A DNA stretch of 64,000 nt from Salinispira sp. (GCA_965602015.1 OZ271918.1:1920001-1984000), one strand, 5' to 3'. Positions 17,984-28,838 are shown, counted from the first letter of the stretch. Numbers and translations are program-made. Notes: a model not told the origin generated them from the sequence alone.

Positions 17984-18335
17984 CCCCATAAGACTGACTT
18001 GAGCTGCACCGGATCCAATCCCGGCGTCAGCTCCAAGTATCCTTCTTATGGGGTTGAGCCGACAAACGAGTTCTTGGACATACATCAGTCAGTGACGGAC
18101 CAATCGAAGTGCGGTTTGACCGCGATGAGCTGAGAGATACAATGGGAAAATCCGGAGGGAAGCCAGACAGCACAGCCCAAGTCATAGGGAGTAAGGCGCG
18201 AAACCTCGCGCCCCATTCATTCCTACTCTTTCAACCTACCGTCAGCAGAGTATTCACTTTTGATAGGCGGGCCCAGTCACCAAACCCAATACGTGAAAAT
18301 GGGTGGGCATCCGTGGTAGCACCAAACTTCCTGAT
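17984..18335. repeat. Inter-cassette spacer copy 4, lacking the GxxExxY segment
   Basis: Left and right spacer arms are joined at a single CGAAG (18105-18109). Confidence 0.9.
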
Positions 18336-18346
18336 TTGAATTAAAA

Positions 18347-19120
18347 TCAAACAGGCGCCTGACGGCGAATTTCATACATCAGAATACCCGCCGCCACCGA
18401 AACATTGAACGAATCAATTTGACCGCCGCTTGGGATAGTCAGCGTCTGGTCACAGTGGCGGGAAACCTCCCGGGAAGGCCCCCTGCCCTCACTGCCGAGA
18501 ATAAGGGCGATTTTCCCCGAAAGCCTCACCTGTGACGGCGCTGAACCGTTGAGATCTGCAGAGTAAACCCAGAAATCCCGCTCTTTTAACTGTTCGATTA
18601 CTCGTACAAGGTTGGGAACGTAAATCACCGGAGTATGGTGACTGGCTCCGGCGGAGACCTTGCGAACCGTGTCATTTACCTGGGCAGAGCGCTTCTTTGG
18701 CAAAACAAGGGCTTCAACATCGAATAAATTAGCCGAACGTAAAATAGCCCCCAGGTTATGAGGATCGGTTATGCCGTCGAGAATAAGAACCAGGGGATTG
18801 GCTCTCTGACTCCCCTCGAGAATGGACCAGAGATCACTGTCAGCCCTTCTCTTCTCAAGATACTGGGTCGAAACCGCGAGCATAAGATGACGAAGACCCT
18901 TCGGCAGGGGAGAACCCAGAAGCTCGCTCGCTCGCTTCGCGAAAGCCCCTTCATCGAGATGCCGTATTTTTATATTGTCCTGCCCCGCCCTTTTTAGTAT
19001 TTCCTTTTCACGACGATTGAGAGACGGAGAAACAAGCAACTCGCCCCCTCCCCCCGATCGGGAACGCAGGTACTCCTCTATGTCGTGAAGGGAAAAGAGG
19101 ATGCTGTCATTGCTGGGCAT
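18347..19120 (-). CDS. rlmB: 23S rRNA 2'-O-methyltransferase, TrmH/SpoU family (RlmB-like)
   Basis: LDGITDPHNLGAILRSA, LGSEG.G, SFNVSVAAGI. Confidence 0.85.
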   Translation of the reverse strand: MPSNDSILFSLHDIEEYLRSRSGGGGELLVSPSLNRREKEILKRAGQDNIKIRHLDEGAFAKRASELLGSPLPKGLRHLMLAVSTQYLEKRRADSDLWSILEGSQRANPLVLILDGITDPHNLGAILRSANLFDVEALVLPKKRSAQVNDTVRKVSAGASHHTPVIYVPNLVRVIEQLKERDFWVYSADLNGSAPSQVRLSGKIALILGSEGRGPSREVSRHCDQTLTIPSGGQIDSFNVSVAAGILMYEIRRQAPV

Positions 19121-19571
19121 AGAGCTTCACCACATCGATTCGACCGTCATAGTCGCTGTCCCGCTCATATCCCTCGACGTAGACCCCTTCGCTCAGGTAG
19201 ACCCACAGATCGATCATTCCGTCGGCATTCTGATCGATTTCTTGACGCACAAGCACTCCGCCCGAGTAGAAGTAAAAATCGTCCATCTGTCCGTCTTTGT
19301 TAAAATCCGAGGCTTCGTATACCTTCTCACCCTCGTCATTAAAGAAGATCCCGTAATCGATCACCCCGTCGCTGTCCTCGTCGTTGACAATCCAGCCGTC
19401 GGTGTAATCAGCGGGATCAAAAGACAGATCTTCGTGAAGGGGGTGGTATGAACCCATATTATCCATACTCGGGTGTGAAGTGGCTGAAAACAACACGCTG
19501 GTCAACAGCAGCCCGGTAAAGGCGGCGGAAAAAATCTTTCCATTTATTGTGAACATAAACTCTCCTGGCAT
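19107..19571 (-). CDS. Exported hypothetical protein with DxDxDG (Ca-binding-like) repeats
   Basis: Signal-like N-terminus; DEDSDG, DFNKDG, DQNADG, DSDYDG. Confidence 0.7.
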   Translation of the reverse strand: MPGEFMFTINGKIFSAAFTGLLLTSVLFSATSHPSMDNMGSYHPLHEDLSFDPADYTDGWIVNDEDSDGVIDYGIFFNDEGEKVYEASDFNKDGQMDDFYFYSGGVLVRQEIDQNADGMIDLWVYLSEGVYVEGYERDSDYDGRIDVVKLYAQQ

Positions 19572-19577
19572 TATCGC

Positions 19578-19608
19578 AAAAAAAAGACGGGACTTTGAGT
19601 CCCGTCTT
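19578..19608 (-). terminator. Intrinsic terminator after dnaJ
   Basis: AAGACGGGAC-loop-GTCCCGTCTT stem followed by a U-run on the minus strand. Confidence 0.8.
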
Positions 19609-19651
19609 ATACATCGGCATATGCCAGTCAGCGCTTTACCCGCAGCAGCGT

Positions 19652-20773
19652 TTACAGGTCCCGTAGAAGAACGGGCTTAGGAGCGGTTTCCGTACCTTCA
19701 ATACTGCCGATTTCTTCCATGAGCTTTTTCGCTTTGGAGCTCAAGCGCTGGGGAGTCCGAACCTGGATTTTTATATAGAGGTCGCCCCGGCGATCCGACT
19801 TGTTCAGATGCGGAATGCCTTCATTTCGAAGCCGGAGTATTTTACCGTTTTGGGTGCCCGCGGGAATCTTGAGCTTAACCCGTTTGTCCTCCAGGGTCGG
19901 TACGGTTATTTCCGCACCGAGGCTTGCCTGTACCACGTCGATGGGAATAACGCAGTAGAGATCCGCCCCGTCCCTTTCGTAATACTCGTGGGGTTCGACA
20001 TTGATAAACACGTAGAGATCACCGGATGGACCGCCGTTTTTGCCCGCATCACCCTGACCGGGGATGTTGATGCGTTTGCCGTTTTCGATTCCCGGGGGAA
20101 TTGAAACCTTGATTCGGGTATGCTTGTCAATTCTTCCGACGCCGTGACAAGAATCGCAGGGATTCTCAATGATGGTTCCCTCGCCGTTACAGGTGGGACA
20201 GGTGGAAGCAATTGAAAAGAATCCGCTGGAACGGCGGACCTGACCCGATCCGCCGCAGGTGGGACAGGTTTTCTTGCCGGTGCCGGATTTAGCCCCGCTG
20301 CCGTTACAAACCTCGCACTGCACAGAGCGGTTATAGGATATTTCCACCTTGGTGCCGAAGGCCGCGTCTTTAAACGGTACTCTCAGGTCATAGCGCAGAT
20401 CAGAGCCCCTGACCGCCGAACTCCTGCGGCGATTTTGCCCGCGTCCGCCTCCGAAAAAAGAGTCAAAAATACCGAAGTCGCCGAAAATATCACCGAAGTC
20501 CCTGAACACATTGGAAAAGTCCTGGGCTCCTCCTCCGGCTCCCATTCCTTCGAGACCGGCAAAGCCGAACTGGTCGTATGTTTGCCGTCTCTTGGGATCA
20601 GAGAGAATCTCGTAGGCTTCCGAGGCTTCCTTGAAGCGTTCTTCGGCTTCACGATCCCCCGGATTTTTATCTGGATGATACTTTACGGCGAGTTTTCGAT
20701 AGGCTTTTTTAATTTCGTCCTCGGCGGCGGTTTTACCCACCCCGAGGACTTCATAATAATCTCTTTTGGCCAT
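19652..20773 (-). CDS. dnaJ: Chaperone DnaJ
   Basis: J domain with HPD, G/F region, four CxxCxGxG repeats. Confidence 0.98.
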   Translation of the reverse strand: MAKRDYYEVLGVGKTAAEDEIKKAYRKLAVKYHPDKNPGDREAEERFKEASEAYEILSDPKRRQTYDQFGFAGLEGMGAGGGAQDFSNVFRDFGDIFGDFGIFDSFFGGGRGQNRRRSSAVRGSDLRYDLRVPFKDAAFGTKVEISYNRSVQCEVCNGSGAKSGTGKKTCPTCGGSGQVRRSSGFFSIASTCPTCNGEGTIIENPCDSCHGVGRIDKHTRIKVSIPPGIENGKRINIPGQGDAGKNGGPSGDLYVFINVEPHEYYERDGADLYCVIPIDVVQASLGAEITVPTLEDKRVKLKIPAGTQNGKILRLRNEGIPHLNKSDRRGDLYIKIQVRTPQRLSSKAKKLMEEIGSIEGTETAPKPVLLRDL

Positions 20774-20775
20774 TC

Positions 20776-22725
20776 TTACTTATCGTCCTCGTCGACCACT
20801 TCATAGTCGACGTCTTCGACGTTGTCCTTGGAAGAAGAGGATTGCTGAGAGTCCTGTTCCTGAGCCGATTCACCCTGAGGACCGTCGCCGGCCTCCTGGC
20901 CTTCGGCTCCGCCCTGGGCAGCTTGGGCCTTGTAGACTTCTTCAGCAAGCTTATAGCTGGCCTGCTTCAGAGCCTCTGTTTTCGCCTTGATGTCGTCGAC
21001 ATCGCTGCCTTCCATGGCCTTCTTTAGGTCGGCGACCGCTTCATTAATCTTTGCTTTGTCATCGTCATTGATTTTGTCGCCGTAGTCAGTCACGGACTTC
21101 TCGGTGGCGTAAATCAGACCGTCGGCCTCGTTGCGGACTTCGACGCCTTCCTTGAGCTTCTTGTCTTCTTCCGCATTTACCTCGGCGTCCTTAACCATCC
21201 GGTTGATTTCGTCCTCGCTGAGACCGGAACTTGATTCGATACGGATCTTCTGTTCCTTACCGGTACCCAAATCTTTGGCGCTTACATGAACGATACCGTT
21301 GGCATCAATGTCGAACGTCACTTCAATCTGGGGTACGCCGCGGGGCGCCGGCGGAATATCCGCAAGGTCAAAGCGGCCCAGGGTGCGGTTTTGCCCTGCC
21401 ATTTCCCGCTCACCTTGGAGGACGTGAATTGATACGGCAGTCTGATTGTCCGCCGCGGTGGAGAATATCTGTGTTTTCCGGGTGGGAATGGTGGTATTGC
21501 GCTCGATGAGCTTGGTGAAAACACCGCCGAGGGTTTCGATACCCATGGACAGGGGAGTTACATCGAGAAGCAGTACATCCTTGACGTCGCCGCCGAGAAT
21601 ACCGCCCTGAATTGCCGCACCCAGTGCCACGACCTCGTCGGGATTCACTCCCCGGTGAGGTTCCCGCTGGAAAATTTCCTTAACAAGGGCCTGCACCGCG
21701 GGAATCCGGGTAGAACCCCCGACGAGAATTACCTCGTCAATGTCAGACGCGCTGAGTCCCGCATCTTTCAATGCGGCCCGGCAGGGTTGGGCGGTGCGCT
21801 TAACCAGGTCGTCAACCAGCTGCTCGAATTTGCTCCGGCTGAGGTTGTATTGCATGTGTTTCGGACCGCTGTCATCCGCGGTGATAAACGGCAGATTGAT
21901 GTCGGTGCTGCTGGTGGAAGACAGTTCCTTCTTTGCCTTTTCCGCCGCTTCCTTCAGCCGCTGAAGCGCCATCCGGTCCTTGCTGAGGTCGATGCCGTAA
22001 TCGCTTTTGAAATTGGCGATGAGCCAGTCGATGATTTTCTGGTCAAAGTTGTCGCCGCCGAGATGGGTGTCGCCGTTGGTGGACTTTACTTCGAAAACGC
22101 CGTCGCCAAGTTCCAGAATAGAGATATCGAAGGTACCGCCACCGAGGTCGTAAACGGCGATTTTTTCGTCTTTTCCTTCCTTGCCGAATCCGTAGGCCAG
22201 GGCGGCGGCAGTGGGCTCGTTGACGATACGCTTTACTTCAAGCCCGGCGATTCGACCGGCGTCTTTGGTAGCCTGGCGCTGAGCATCGTTGAAGTATGCG
22301 GGAACAGTAATTACCGCCTCACTTATGGTTTCACCGAGATAGCTTTCGGCGGTTTCCTTCATTTTTTGAAGGATTGCGGCGGATATTTCCGGGGGGGTAA
22401 ACTTCTTGTCGTCGACCAGTACCTTTACCGGTGCGGTTTTGTCGCTCACGTCTACCTTGTACGGCACCATCTCGATTTCGACGTCTACCTCATTGCCTCT
22501 TCGGCCCATAAAACGCTTGATGGAGTAAATAGTGTGATCGGGATTGGTAACCATCTGGTTTTTTGCCGGCTGTCCGACAAGGCGCTCACCCTTTCCGGTG
22601 AAGGCTACCATTGACGGTGTGGTCCGCTGTCCTTCGGCATTTTGAATGACGACGGATTCGCCGTTTTCCATTACTGCAACACACGAATTGGTGGTTCCCA
22701 AGTCTATACCGATTATTCTACCCAT
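20776..22725 (-). CDS. dnaK: Chaperone DnaK
   Basis: [32 protein letters not shown]. Confidence 0.99.
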   Translation of the reverse strand: MGRIIGIDLGTTNSCVAVMENGESVVIQNAEGQRTTPSMVAFTGKGERLVGQPAKNQMVTNPDHTIYSIKRFMGRRGNEVDVEIEMVPYKVDVSDKTAPVKVLVDDKKFTPPEISAAILQKMKETAESYLGETISEAVITVPAYFNDAQRQATKDAGRIAGLEVKRIVNEPTAAALAYGFGKEGKDEKIAVYDLGGGTFDISILELGDGVFEVKSTNGDTHLGGDNFDQKIIDWLIANFKSDYGIDLSKDRMALQRLKEAAEKAKKELSSTSSTDINLPFITADDSGPKHMQYNLSRSKFEQLVDDLVKRTAQPCRAALKDAGLSASDIDEVILVGGSTRIPAVQALVKEIFQREPHRGVNPDEVVALGAAIQGGILGGDVKDVLLLDVTPLSMGIETLGGVFTKLIERNTTIPTRKTQIFSTAADNQTAVSIHVLQGEREMAGQNRTLGRFDLADIPPAPRGVPQIEVTFDIDANGIVHVSAKDLGTGKEQKIRIESSSGLSEDEINRMVKDAEVNAEEDKKLKEGVEVRNEADGLIYATEKSVTDYGDKINDDDKAKINEAVADLKKAMEGSDVDDIKAKTEALKQASYKLAEEVYKAQAAQGGAEGQEAGDGPQGESAQEQDSQQSSSSKDNVEDVDYEVVDEDDK

Positions 22726-22809
22726 AAAAATCTCCTTAATTCCTCATCCGTCTTCGTCCGACGGACTATCCTTAAAATATACTGAATTTAAATTTGCAAC
22801 GACCGTTTT

Positions 22810-23442
22810 TTATGAGGATGTCTCTTCTGTTTCCTCAGCGTCGCCGCTACCCCCGACGGGATTGGCGACCTTCACCTTTGCGGCGCGTATCACCTGATCC
22901 TTAAGCATGTACCCTTTTTGGAAGTCCTGAAGAACAACCTGTTTGTCGTGTTCAGCGCTGTCCTCCATCATCATTGCTTCATGTCTGTTGGGGTCGAACT
23001 CTTCACCTTCGGCTTCGAATCGAACCAAATTCCATTTGCGCTCGAGCATGCCGACGAATTCCTTTTCGATCATGACTATACCGTCGTGAAACGAGGTATA
23101 ATCTTTAGCGCTTTCCGAACTCTGGATTGCCCGCTCGAAATTATCAATTATGGTGATGAGGTCTTCCAGTAACTGCTTGTTGGAATACGCAATAGCCTCT
23201 TCTTTCTCGCGAAGAAGACGCTTTCGGAAGTTATCCATATCTGCCTGTTTGCGCAGGTACTGGTCTTTGAGATCGGAAACTTCCTGGGTCAGCTTCTCAA
23301 TCTCCCGTTCCTTTTTTACGAGCTGCTCTTCGAGGGAAGATTCGCCCTCTTCCGGCATTCCGGTTCCGGTGTTCTCTTCAACCTGTTCGGAGCCTTCGGG
23401 TGTTTCTGTATCTATGGTCTGATCCTTCTCTTCGGCGGCCAC
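22810..23442 (-). CDS. grpE: Nucleotide exchange factor GrpE
   Basis: ADMDNFRKR, FDPNRHEA, QKGY...IRAAKVKV; directly upstream of dnaK. Confidence 0.96.
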   Translation of the reverse strand: MAAEEKDQTIDTETPEGSEQVEENTGTGMPEEGESSLEEQLVKKEREIEKLTQEVSDLKDQYLRKQADMDNFRKRLLREKEEAIAYSNKQLLEDLITIIDNFERAIQSSESAKDYTSFHDGIVMIEKEFVGMLERKWNLVRFEAEGEEFDPNRHEAMMMEDSAEHDKQVVLQDFQKGYMLKDQVIRAAKVKVANPVGGSGDAEETEETSS

Positions 23443-23509
23443 GATACCTCCTACGAAATATCCAATAAGAATAGTTTGTGTTGTGTTTTGGACGAGTTCT
23501 GGTAGGAAG

Positions 23510-23538
23510 AAAATACACAGAGAGAATTACATGGTCAA
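23510..23538 (-). promoter_or_regulatory. Sigma70-like promoter of grpE-dnaK-dnaJ
   Basis: TTGACC-17 bp-TATTTT on the minus strand. Confidence 0.55.
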
Positions 23539-23585
23539 GTGAAGATGAAATTTTCTCATTCCCCGATTCACCAAAAACCCTAAAG

Positions 23586-23612
23586 AAAACGCCGGCTCCG
23601 TTGGAAGCCGGC
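23586..23612 (-). terminator. Intrinsic terminator after the coiled-coil gene
   Basis: CGCCGGCT...AGCCGGCG stem followed by a U-rich tail. Confidence 0.65.
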
Positions 23613-23638
23613 GCTGCCTGGTCCGCCCGACCGCAGGA

Positions 23639-26600
23639 TTAACGGTGGGCCATTTCGAGTATCAGTTCGACTTCCCCCCGGGAAATCTTGCAAGACTTCG
23701 CAATGTCTTCGATTTTCCAGCCCTGATGTTTGAGTTTAATCACCATATCCCTGACGGATACCGATGGCGCGGGCTTATCATCCTGAAGCTGCAGGCTTTT
23801 CCCCGAAGCCACGCTCCCGAGTATTTCCAGCCTCTGGTCCGCCTGCTGGGCCACTTCCTCCAGGCGGGTTTCGGTGCGGGCCAGCCATTCCCGGGCTTTC
23901 TGCATTGACTCCATTCGTTCTTCCGTCTCGGCCATCATGGCGTTGAGATTCTGAAGATTGCGCATGGCCATATCCGATTCCTTTTTGTTGAGGGCCAGAC
24001 TGTCAAGCCTGCCTTTCATTGCAGACATGCTGTCTCCCATTTCGGATATGCCCCGTCCGAGGTCGGCGATACGGTTTTCAAGGTCGGTCAGACTGTGGAA
24101 ATTTCGGTCGACACCTTCGAGGGTCGTGTCGATAATTTCCTTGCGCTTGGTGAGCCGGTCATAGCGTTGATCCAGTTCCTTCTGAAGCTCATCGAGGTTT
24201 CTGATGGCAAGCTGCACCTGCTGAAGGTTATCGTGTTTAGCCGTCACCTTGCTCAGCTGGCTGTCCACCGTCTGGGACATGTTTATCAGCTTCTTATAAT
24301 TATCTTCTATTCCCTCAAGCCTGCGCTGTTCTACCATAAAACGGGAGAATTTTTCATTGGCCTCGTCGGCCAGCTGCTTCATTTTGCCAAACTCACCCTG
24401 CATTTCGATGACCTGCTTGCCCTCTCCTTGAAGCCGATCGATTTCAGACTTGATGTGGGAAATATCATCCTGCAGGGCCTGCTTCAGGCTGTCTGCCCGT
24501 TCAAACAGTTTCGTCTGCTGAAGGAAGCTCTTCTGCTTTTTATCGATCTCCCTGATGTTGATCTCGAGTACCCGCAGATCTTCATTCAGTCGTTCGACTA
24601 GCCGCTTTTGGGTTCCCTCGAATTCTTCCCGGGTTTGGCTGACAAAGGCCCTGAACTCCCGGGTGGAGTCGTCTATCTCTTTGGTAAAATCCGCCTTATG
24701 GCTGAGGTACTCTTGCTGAAAGGATTGGATATCGAGACTGAGTCGGTTCAACGCCTCCTCGCCGGTGCTTGAGAGATTGTTTTGAAGCTCACGAAGCTGG
24801 ACCGATGCGTCCTGTATGCCGCTTTGCAGGGCATTCCGGGCGGCTTCCCCATCCTTGAGAATGCCGTCTTTCTCGGATTCGAACTCTTCCTTGAGGGTTG
24901 CAACCGTGTCGCTGATTCTGATGCGGAAGGATGACATCTGCTCTTCTACTTCGCTTTCCGAACCCTTCATGCGCTGGAGGATCTGATTTTGCCAGAGGGT
25001 GACATCGGAACGAACCGCATCGTGCAATCCCTGAATTTCGTTGCTATGTTCATCCATCTTGAGGTTCATCTGCTTAACCCGGGATTCCAGATCGCGCTGC
25101 ATGTCGGAGAACCGGTTGCCGAGTATTTCCTGAATATCCTCATAGCGCCGGTCGATAAGGTTTTGGGATTGGCTCTGAAGATCCTCAAGCTGTTTGTCCA
25201 CGCCGCCCCTGACGTTCTCGAGTTTTTGATAGATGACGTCAAGATCCTCCCTGATAACCGACTCCCGGTCCCGGAATTCGCTTTGAACTTCATCAATTCG
25301 GGTGCCGACACCGGTTCTCAGGGTTTCCAGACGGGCGGAAAAATCGTCTAGATATTTCTTCTCAAGGGACAACCGCTGATCCTCGCTGTCCTTGCGGATG
25401 CCGTCCAGGGTGTTGTTGAACTCTTCGGTCCAGCTTTCAAGCCTCTCATCAAGCCCCTGCCCCCTGGCCTTTAAGTCGGTAAAAAAATCCTGCTCGAGAA
25501 TCTGCAGTTGCTCGGACATATTCTGATGGCTTTGTTCCTTCATCCGCTCCAGCAGCTGCTGATGGTTTTGTACCTCTGTGCTGAGTACGGCGAGCTCGGC
25601 CCTGGCAGATTCCAGGTCCTCGCTCCAGCTTTTTTGCATCTCGGAGCTGAAGCTGCGTAGGCGGTCCTTGACATCGCTGTCCATCGCTTCCATGGACTGG
25701 TGTACCTGGCGGTCAAGTTGCTCGAGCTCCTCGCTGAGGTTTTCCAGACGGGCGAGTCGGTAACCGATGCTTCCCTCGTAGTCCGAAAGGCGTTTCTCAA
25801 GATCGCTGAGGATTTTCTGTTCCAACAGGCTGCTGTCGGCTTCTATTTTTTCCCCGATGGCATGGTGGCTCTCGGTCAGCTGGGTCCCCAGCTCTTCCAG
25901 GGATCTCTGAATGCTCACATCGAGCTCGGAAAGCCTTCGGGAACCCTGCTCGCTCAAACCTTCGATTCTTTGGATGTCTGCCCCGGTTTTCTCCAGCTGA
26001 TCCTTAACCCGTTGGGCATGGGCCTCGAAGTCCCGCTGAACCGCTGCTTCAAACTCTTGGCTGCGCTCCGCTGTTTTCCGGACCACGGCTTGGCTCCGGT
26101 CGGAGAAATCGCCTTCTATTCGGGTAATTTCGGCTTCGCCTGCTGCGGCGGCCGCACGGAGGTTTTCATCGTGCTCGCTCCGCCATACGTCGATCTGTTC
26201 CCGGATTTTATCGGCCTGCTGATATGCGGATTCCTGGGTATCCCTGATAAGTCCGTCGAGTTCGGCGAACTTCGCCTCCAGATTTTGCCGATTGACCTGT
26301 CCGGCCTCGGCGATTTCCCGGTTTACCAGGTCCGCCGATTCGGCGACCAGCCGGGCGCTGTCGTTGCGAATTTGCTCAAAGCGCTGGTTGACCTCAGCTT
26401 CGGTTCGGGCGATTTCCTCCTCGACGGATCGCAGGCGTTGGGAATGCTCCTGCTCGAGCTGGACGCTTCGTTCGCTGAGACGGCTGAACTGGCCGTCGAG
26501 CTCATGTATATAGCCGTCACCGCGCTCCATCCACTGCTCAAGCTGATTTTTGATTTCGATAAAGCTGTTCTCAATTCGCTGATGGGAGGCGCTCACCCGG

Positions 26601-27703
26601 GTATCAAGTTCGGAAAGCTGACTTTCGAGGGTCTGCCGCAGGTCGTCAGAACGGGATGTCATATCAGTTTGAATTTGGGTCAATAGCTGGTCCGCCAGTT
26701 TTTGACCTTCATCGAGGGATTCCTTCAGCCTCGCCTCGGTATCCTGCTCGATGCGGTAGGCCCGGGCTTCCAGTTCATCGCTCTGGTCGCGGAGTTTTAT
26801 ACCAAATTCCTTGTCCGCCGCGGAGAGTTCGCTTTCAAGGCGGGCAAATCCCTGCTCGAGAGCCTGCCGGTATTCTTCGAACATGGAGCTTCGCAGTCCG
26901 TCGAGCTCGTTTTTTAGGTCTTCAAAAGCCTGGAGTTCGAAGTTCCGCGCCTTGCCGGCAACTTCATTCATTCTTCGCCTAAAATCTTCTTCGGTCCGTT
27001 CCAGTTCGGCCTGCTGTGAGGCGAAGCGTTCATCGAGCTTTGAAGTAAAATCGGAAAAGCGTTGGCTCATGCCGTTTTCAAGGTCGGTTTTCCGGGATTC
27101 GAAGTTTTCCAGTACCCTGTGGGCGTCAGCTCGGGCATTCTCAACTGCCTGGGAAAGCTCTTCTGTCATATGCTTGCTTTCGCCAAGCACTTCAGCGCTG
27201 GTCTTCTCAAGGATATCCCGGTTACTGGCGTCGAATTTGGCGACCAATCCGGGAATTTGCTGATCGATGCCATCCATTTGCTTAATGGCATCCTTGATTC
27301 GCCGTCCCACCGTATCCACATAGGCTGATTCTTTTTGAATGCCTTTGATGTTGACTTCAGCCCGGTTGGTCATCTCGACCAGCTGTTTGATCGCCAAATC
27401 GTATTGATCGATCCTATGCTGAATTTCATCGATATTGGCTGCTTTTTCGTTGAGCTCTTCAGCGGAGGCTTCAAGGCGTTCAATCGCCCGCCGGGCGGAT
27501 TGCTGATGCACGTCCACGCCGATAGAGATGTCTTTTAATTGTTGAGATTTTTCTTCAGCGATTTCCGCGAGTTCTCCCTGGAGACGATCGGTAAAGCGCT
27601 TTACCTTCTCCAGAGACCGGTTGTTTCGGTCCAGGTGGCGGAAAATGAATATAAGTATCACCACCACGCTAAGGACGAGCAGGTCTCCCAGCGTAAACAT
27701 CAT
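23639..27703 (-). CDS. Large spirochete coiled-coil protein (SpiroCoCo-like)
   Basis: N-terminal TM then LDRNNRSLEKVKRF; long heptad region; C-terminal ETRL and GW..EDIA...SRGEVELILE HTH. Confidence 0.85.
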   Translation of the reverse strand: MMFTLGDLLVLSVVVILIFIFRHLDRNNRSLEKVKRFTDRLQGELAEIAEEKSQQLKDISIGVDVHQQSARRAIERLEASAEELNEKAANIDEIQHRIDQYDLAIKQLVEMTNRAEVNIKGIQKESAYVDTVGRRIKDAIKQMDGIDQQIPGLVAKFDASNRDILEKTSAEVLGESKHMTEELSQAVENARADAHRVLENFESRKTDLENGMSQRFSDFTSKLDERFASQQAELERTEEDFRRRMNEVAGKARNFELQAFEDLKNELDGLRSSMFEEYRQALEQGFARLESELSAADKEFGIKLRDQSDELEARAYRIEQDTEARLKESLDEGQKLADQLLTQIQTDMTSRSDDLRQTLESQLSELDTRVSASHQRIENSFIEIKNQLEQWMERGDGYIHELDGQFSRLSERSVQLEQEHSQRLRSVEEEIARTEAEVNQRFEQIRNDSARLVAESADLVNREIAEAGQVNRQNLEAKFAELDGLIRDTQESAYQQADKIREQIDVWRSEHDENLRAAAAAGEAEITRIEGDFSDRSQAVVRKTAERSQEFEAAVQRDFEAHAQRVKDQLEKTGADIQRIEGLSEQGSRRLSELDVSIQRSLEELGTQLTESHHAIGEKIEADSSLLEQKILSDLEKRLSDYEGSIGYRLARLENLSEELEQLDRQVHQSMEAMDSDVKDRLRSFSSEMQKSWSEDLESARAELAVLSTEVQNHQQLLERMKEQSHQNMSEQLQILEQDFFTDLKARGQGLDERLESWTEEFNNTLDGIRKDSEDQRLSLEKKYLDDFSARLETLRTGVGTRIDEVQSEFRDRESVIREDLDVIYQKLENVRGGVDKQLEDLQSQSQNLIDRRYEDIQEILGNRFSDMQRDLESRVKQMNLKMDEHSNEIQGLHDAVRSDVTLWQNQILQRMKGSESEVEEQMSSFRIRISDTVATLKEEFESEKDGILKDGEAARNALQSGIQDASVQLRELQNNLSSTGEEALNRLSLDIQSFQQEYLSHKADFTKEIDDSTREFRAFVSQTREEFEGTQKRLVERLNEDLRVLEINIREIDKKQKSFLQQTKLFERADSLKQALQDDISHIKSEIDRLQGEGKQVIEMQGEFGKMKQLADEANEKFSRFMVEQRRLEGIEDNYKKLINMSQTVDSQLSKVTAKHDNLQQVQLAIRNLDELQKELDQRYDRLTKRKEIIDTTLEGVDRNFHSLTDLENRIADLGRGISEMGDSMSAMKGRLDSLALNKKESDMAMRNLQNLNAMMAETEERMESMQKAREWLARTETRLEEVAQQADQRLEILGSVASGKSLQLQDDKPAPSVSVRDMVIKLKHQGWKIEDIAKSCKISRGEVELILEMAHR

Positions 27704-27902
27704 GTGTTCCCTCTCCCATAACCCGAATAAACGGGTCATCTATATTATACAGTAAAAAGGAAATTTGACGAGGGTCTGGCTGGGATTTTCCCTGTTTTGG
27801 AGGGAAATATGATTAATGACGGGCGAAAGGTCTAGATATCTGTTGAGTGCGGAAGCAATCGGGGCCAGGCGATGGCTGCCCTGGGGCGAATCGAGGCCGA
27901 CT

Positions 27903-28838
27903 CTACCGGCCCCGGAAATCCGCTGCGCTTTCTTTCAGAAATGTACCCCGTTGAAATTCTTCAAAGGCGAGTTGAAGCTCCTCTTGTGTGTTCATGACGA
28001 TGGGGCCGTGCCAGGCAACGGGCTCCTTGAGGGGCTGGCCTGAAATGAGGAGGAAGCGCATCCCCTGTTCACCAGAGCGGACAACCACCTCATCGCCGGT
28101 ATCAAAGAGTATGAGATTCCGGTTTTCCGCGGGGTGGGCGGGAATCGCTTCGGTGGTTCCCTGCTCATTAACGTACTCCGTTGGGGCAAGCAGGGGATCG
28201 GAGGCAGATCGGAACTCTCCCGAACCGGCAAATACATACGCGAAGGCCTGGTGGCTCAGGTCTACTTTGAAACGGCGCAGGGTATTAGGGGGAACGGAAA
28301 TATCCAGATAGCGGGGATCGGCAGCAATTCCCTCTACGGGGCCCCGCTTCCCCCAGAAATGCCCGGTGATGATCCTCACCCGGGTACCGTCGTCCTCGGT
28401 TACCTCGGGGATTTCTCCGGCAGGTATGTCCTGGTATCGGGGGTGGGTCATTTTTTTATCCGATGGAAGATTGGCCCAGAGCTGAAACCCGTGCATAGAC
28501 CCCTTGGCGTCGCCCCGGGGCATTTCCTGATGAATGATGCCGCTTCCGGCTGTCATCCATTGAACATCGCCGGCGGTCAGGGTGCCCGTGTTGCCCAGAC
28601 TGTCGCCGTGGTCCACCTCCCCGGACAACACATAGGTTATGGTTTCGATGCCCCGGTGGGGATGCCAGGGAAAGCCCTTGGAGTATTTTTTAGGATCGTC
28701 ATTCCTGAAATCATCGAAGAGGAGGAAGGGATCGGTGAGCTCCTCGCCCCCGAAACCGAACGCCCGGTGGAGATGGACCCCGGCTCCTTCTATGGCAGGC
28801 CGTGCGCTTGATATCTGCTTTACAGGACGAATTGACAT
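27903..28838 (-). CDS. Pirin family protein
   Basis: DPFLLFD, GFPWHPHRGIETITY, QWMTAGSGIIHQE, GPIVMNT. Confidence 0.95.
   Translation of the reverse strand: MSIRPVKQISSARPAIEGAGVHLHRAFGFGGEELTDPFLLFDDFRNDDPKKYSKGFPWHPHRGIETITYVLSGEVDHGDSLGNTGTLTAGDVQWMTAGSGIIHQEMPRGDAKGSMHGFQLWANLPSDKKMTHPRYQDIPAGEIPEVTEDDGTRVRIITGHFWGKRGPVEGIAADPRYLDISVPPNTLRRFKVDLSHQAFAYVFAGSGEFRSASDPLLAPTEYVNEQGTTEAIPAHPAENRNLILFDTGDEVVVRSGEQGMRFLLISGQPLKEPVAWHGPIVMNTQEELQLAFEEFQRGTFLKESAADFRGR

Noticed and set aside
4729..18053. Canonical integron
   Set aside because: No intI or attI in the window and the core is CTT rather than GTT; kept only as an attC-like finding
4729..18335. CRISPR array interpretation of the repeated hairpins
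   Set aside because: Repeats are hundreds of bp long and kb apart with genes between them; no short repeat-spacer periodicity and no cas genes
21655..22614. 319-aa + strand ORF
   Set aside because: Antisense shadow of dnaK
25700..26686. 328-aa + strand ORF
   Set aside because: Antisense shadow of the coiled-coil gene
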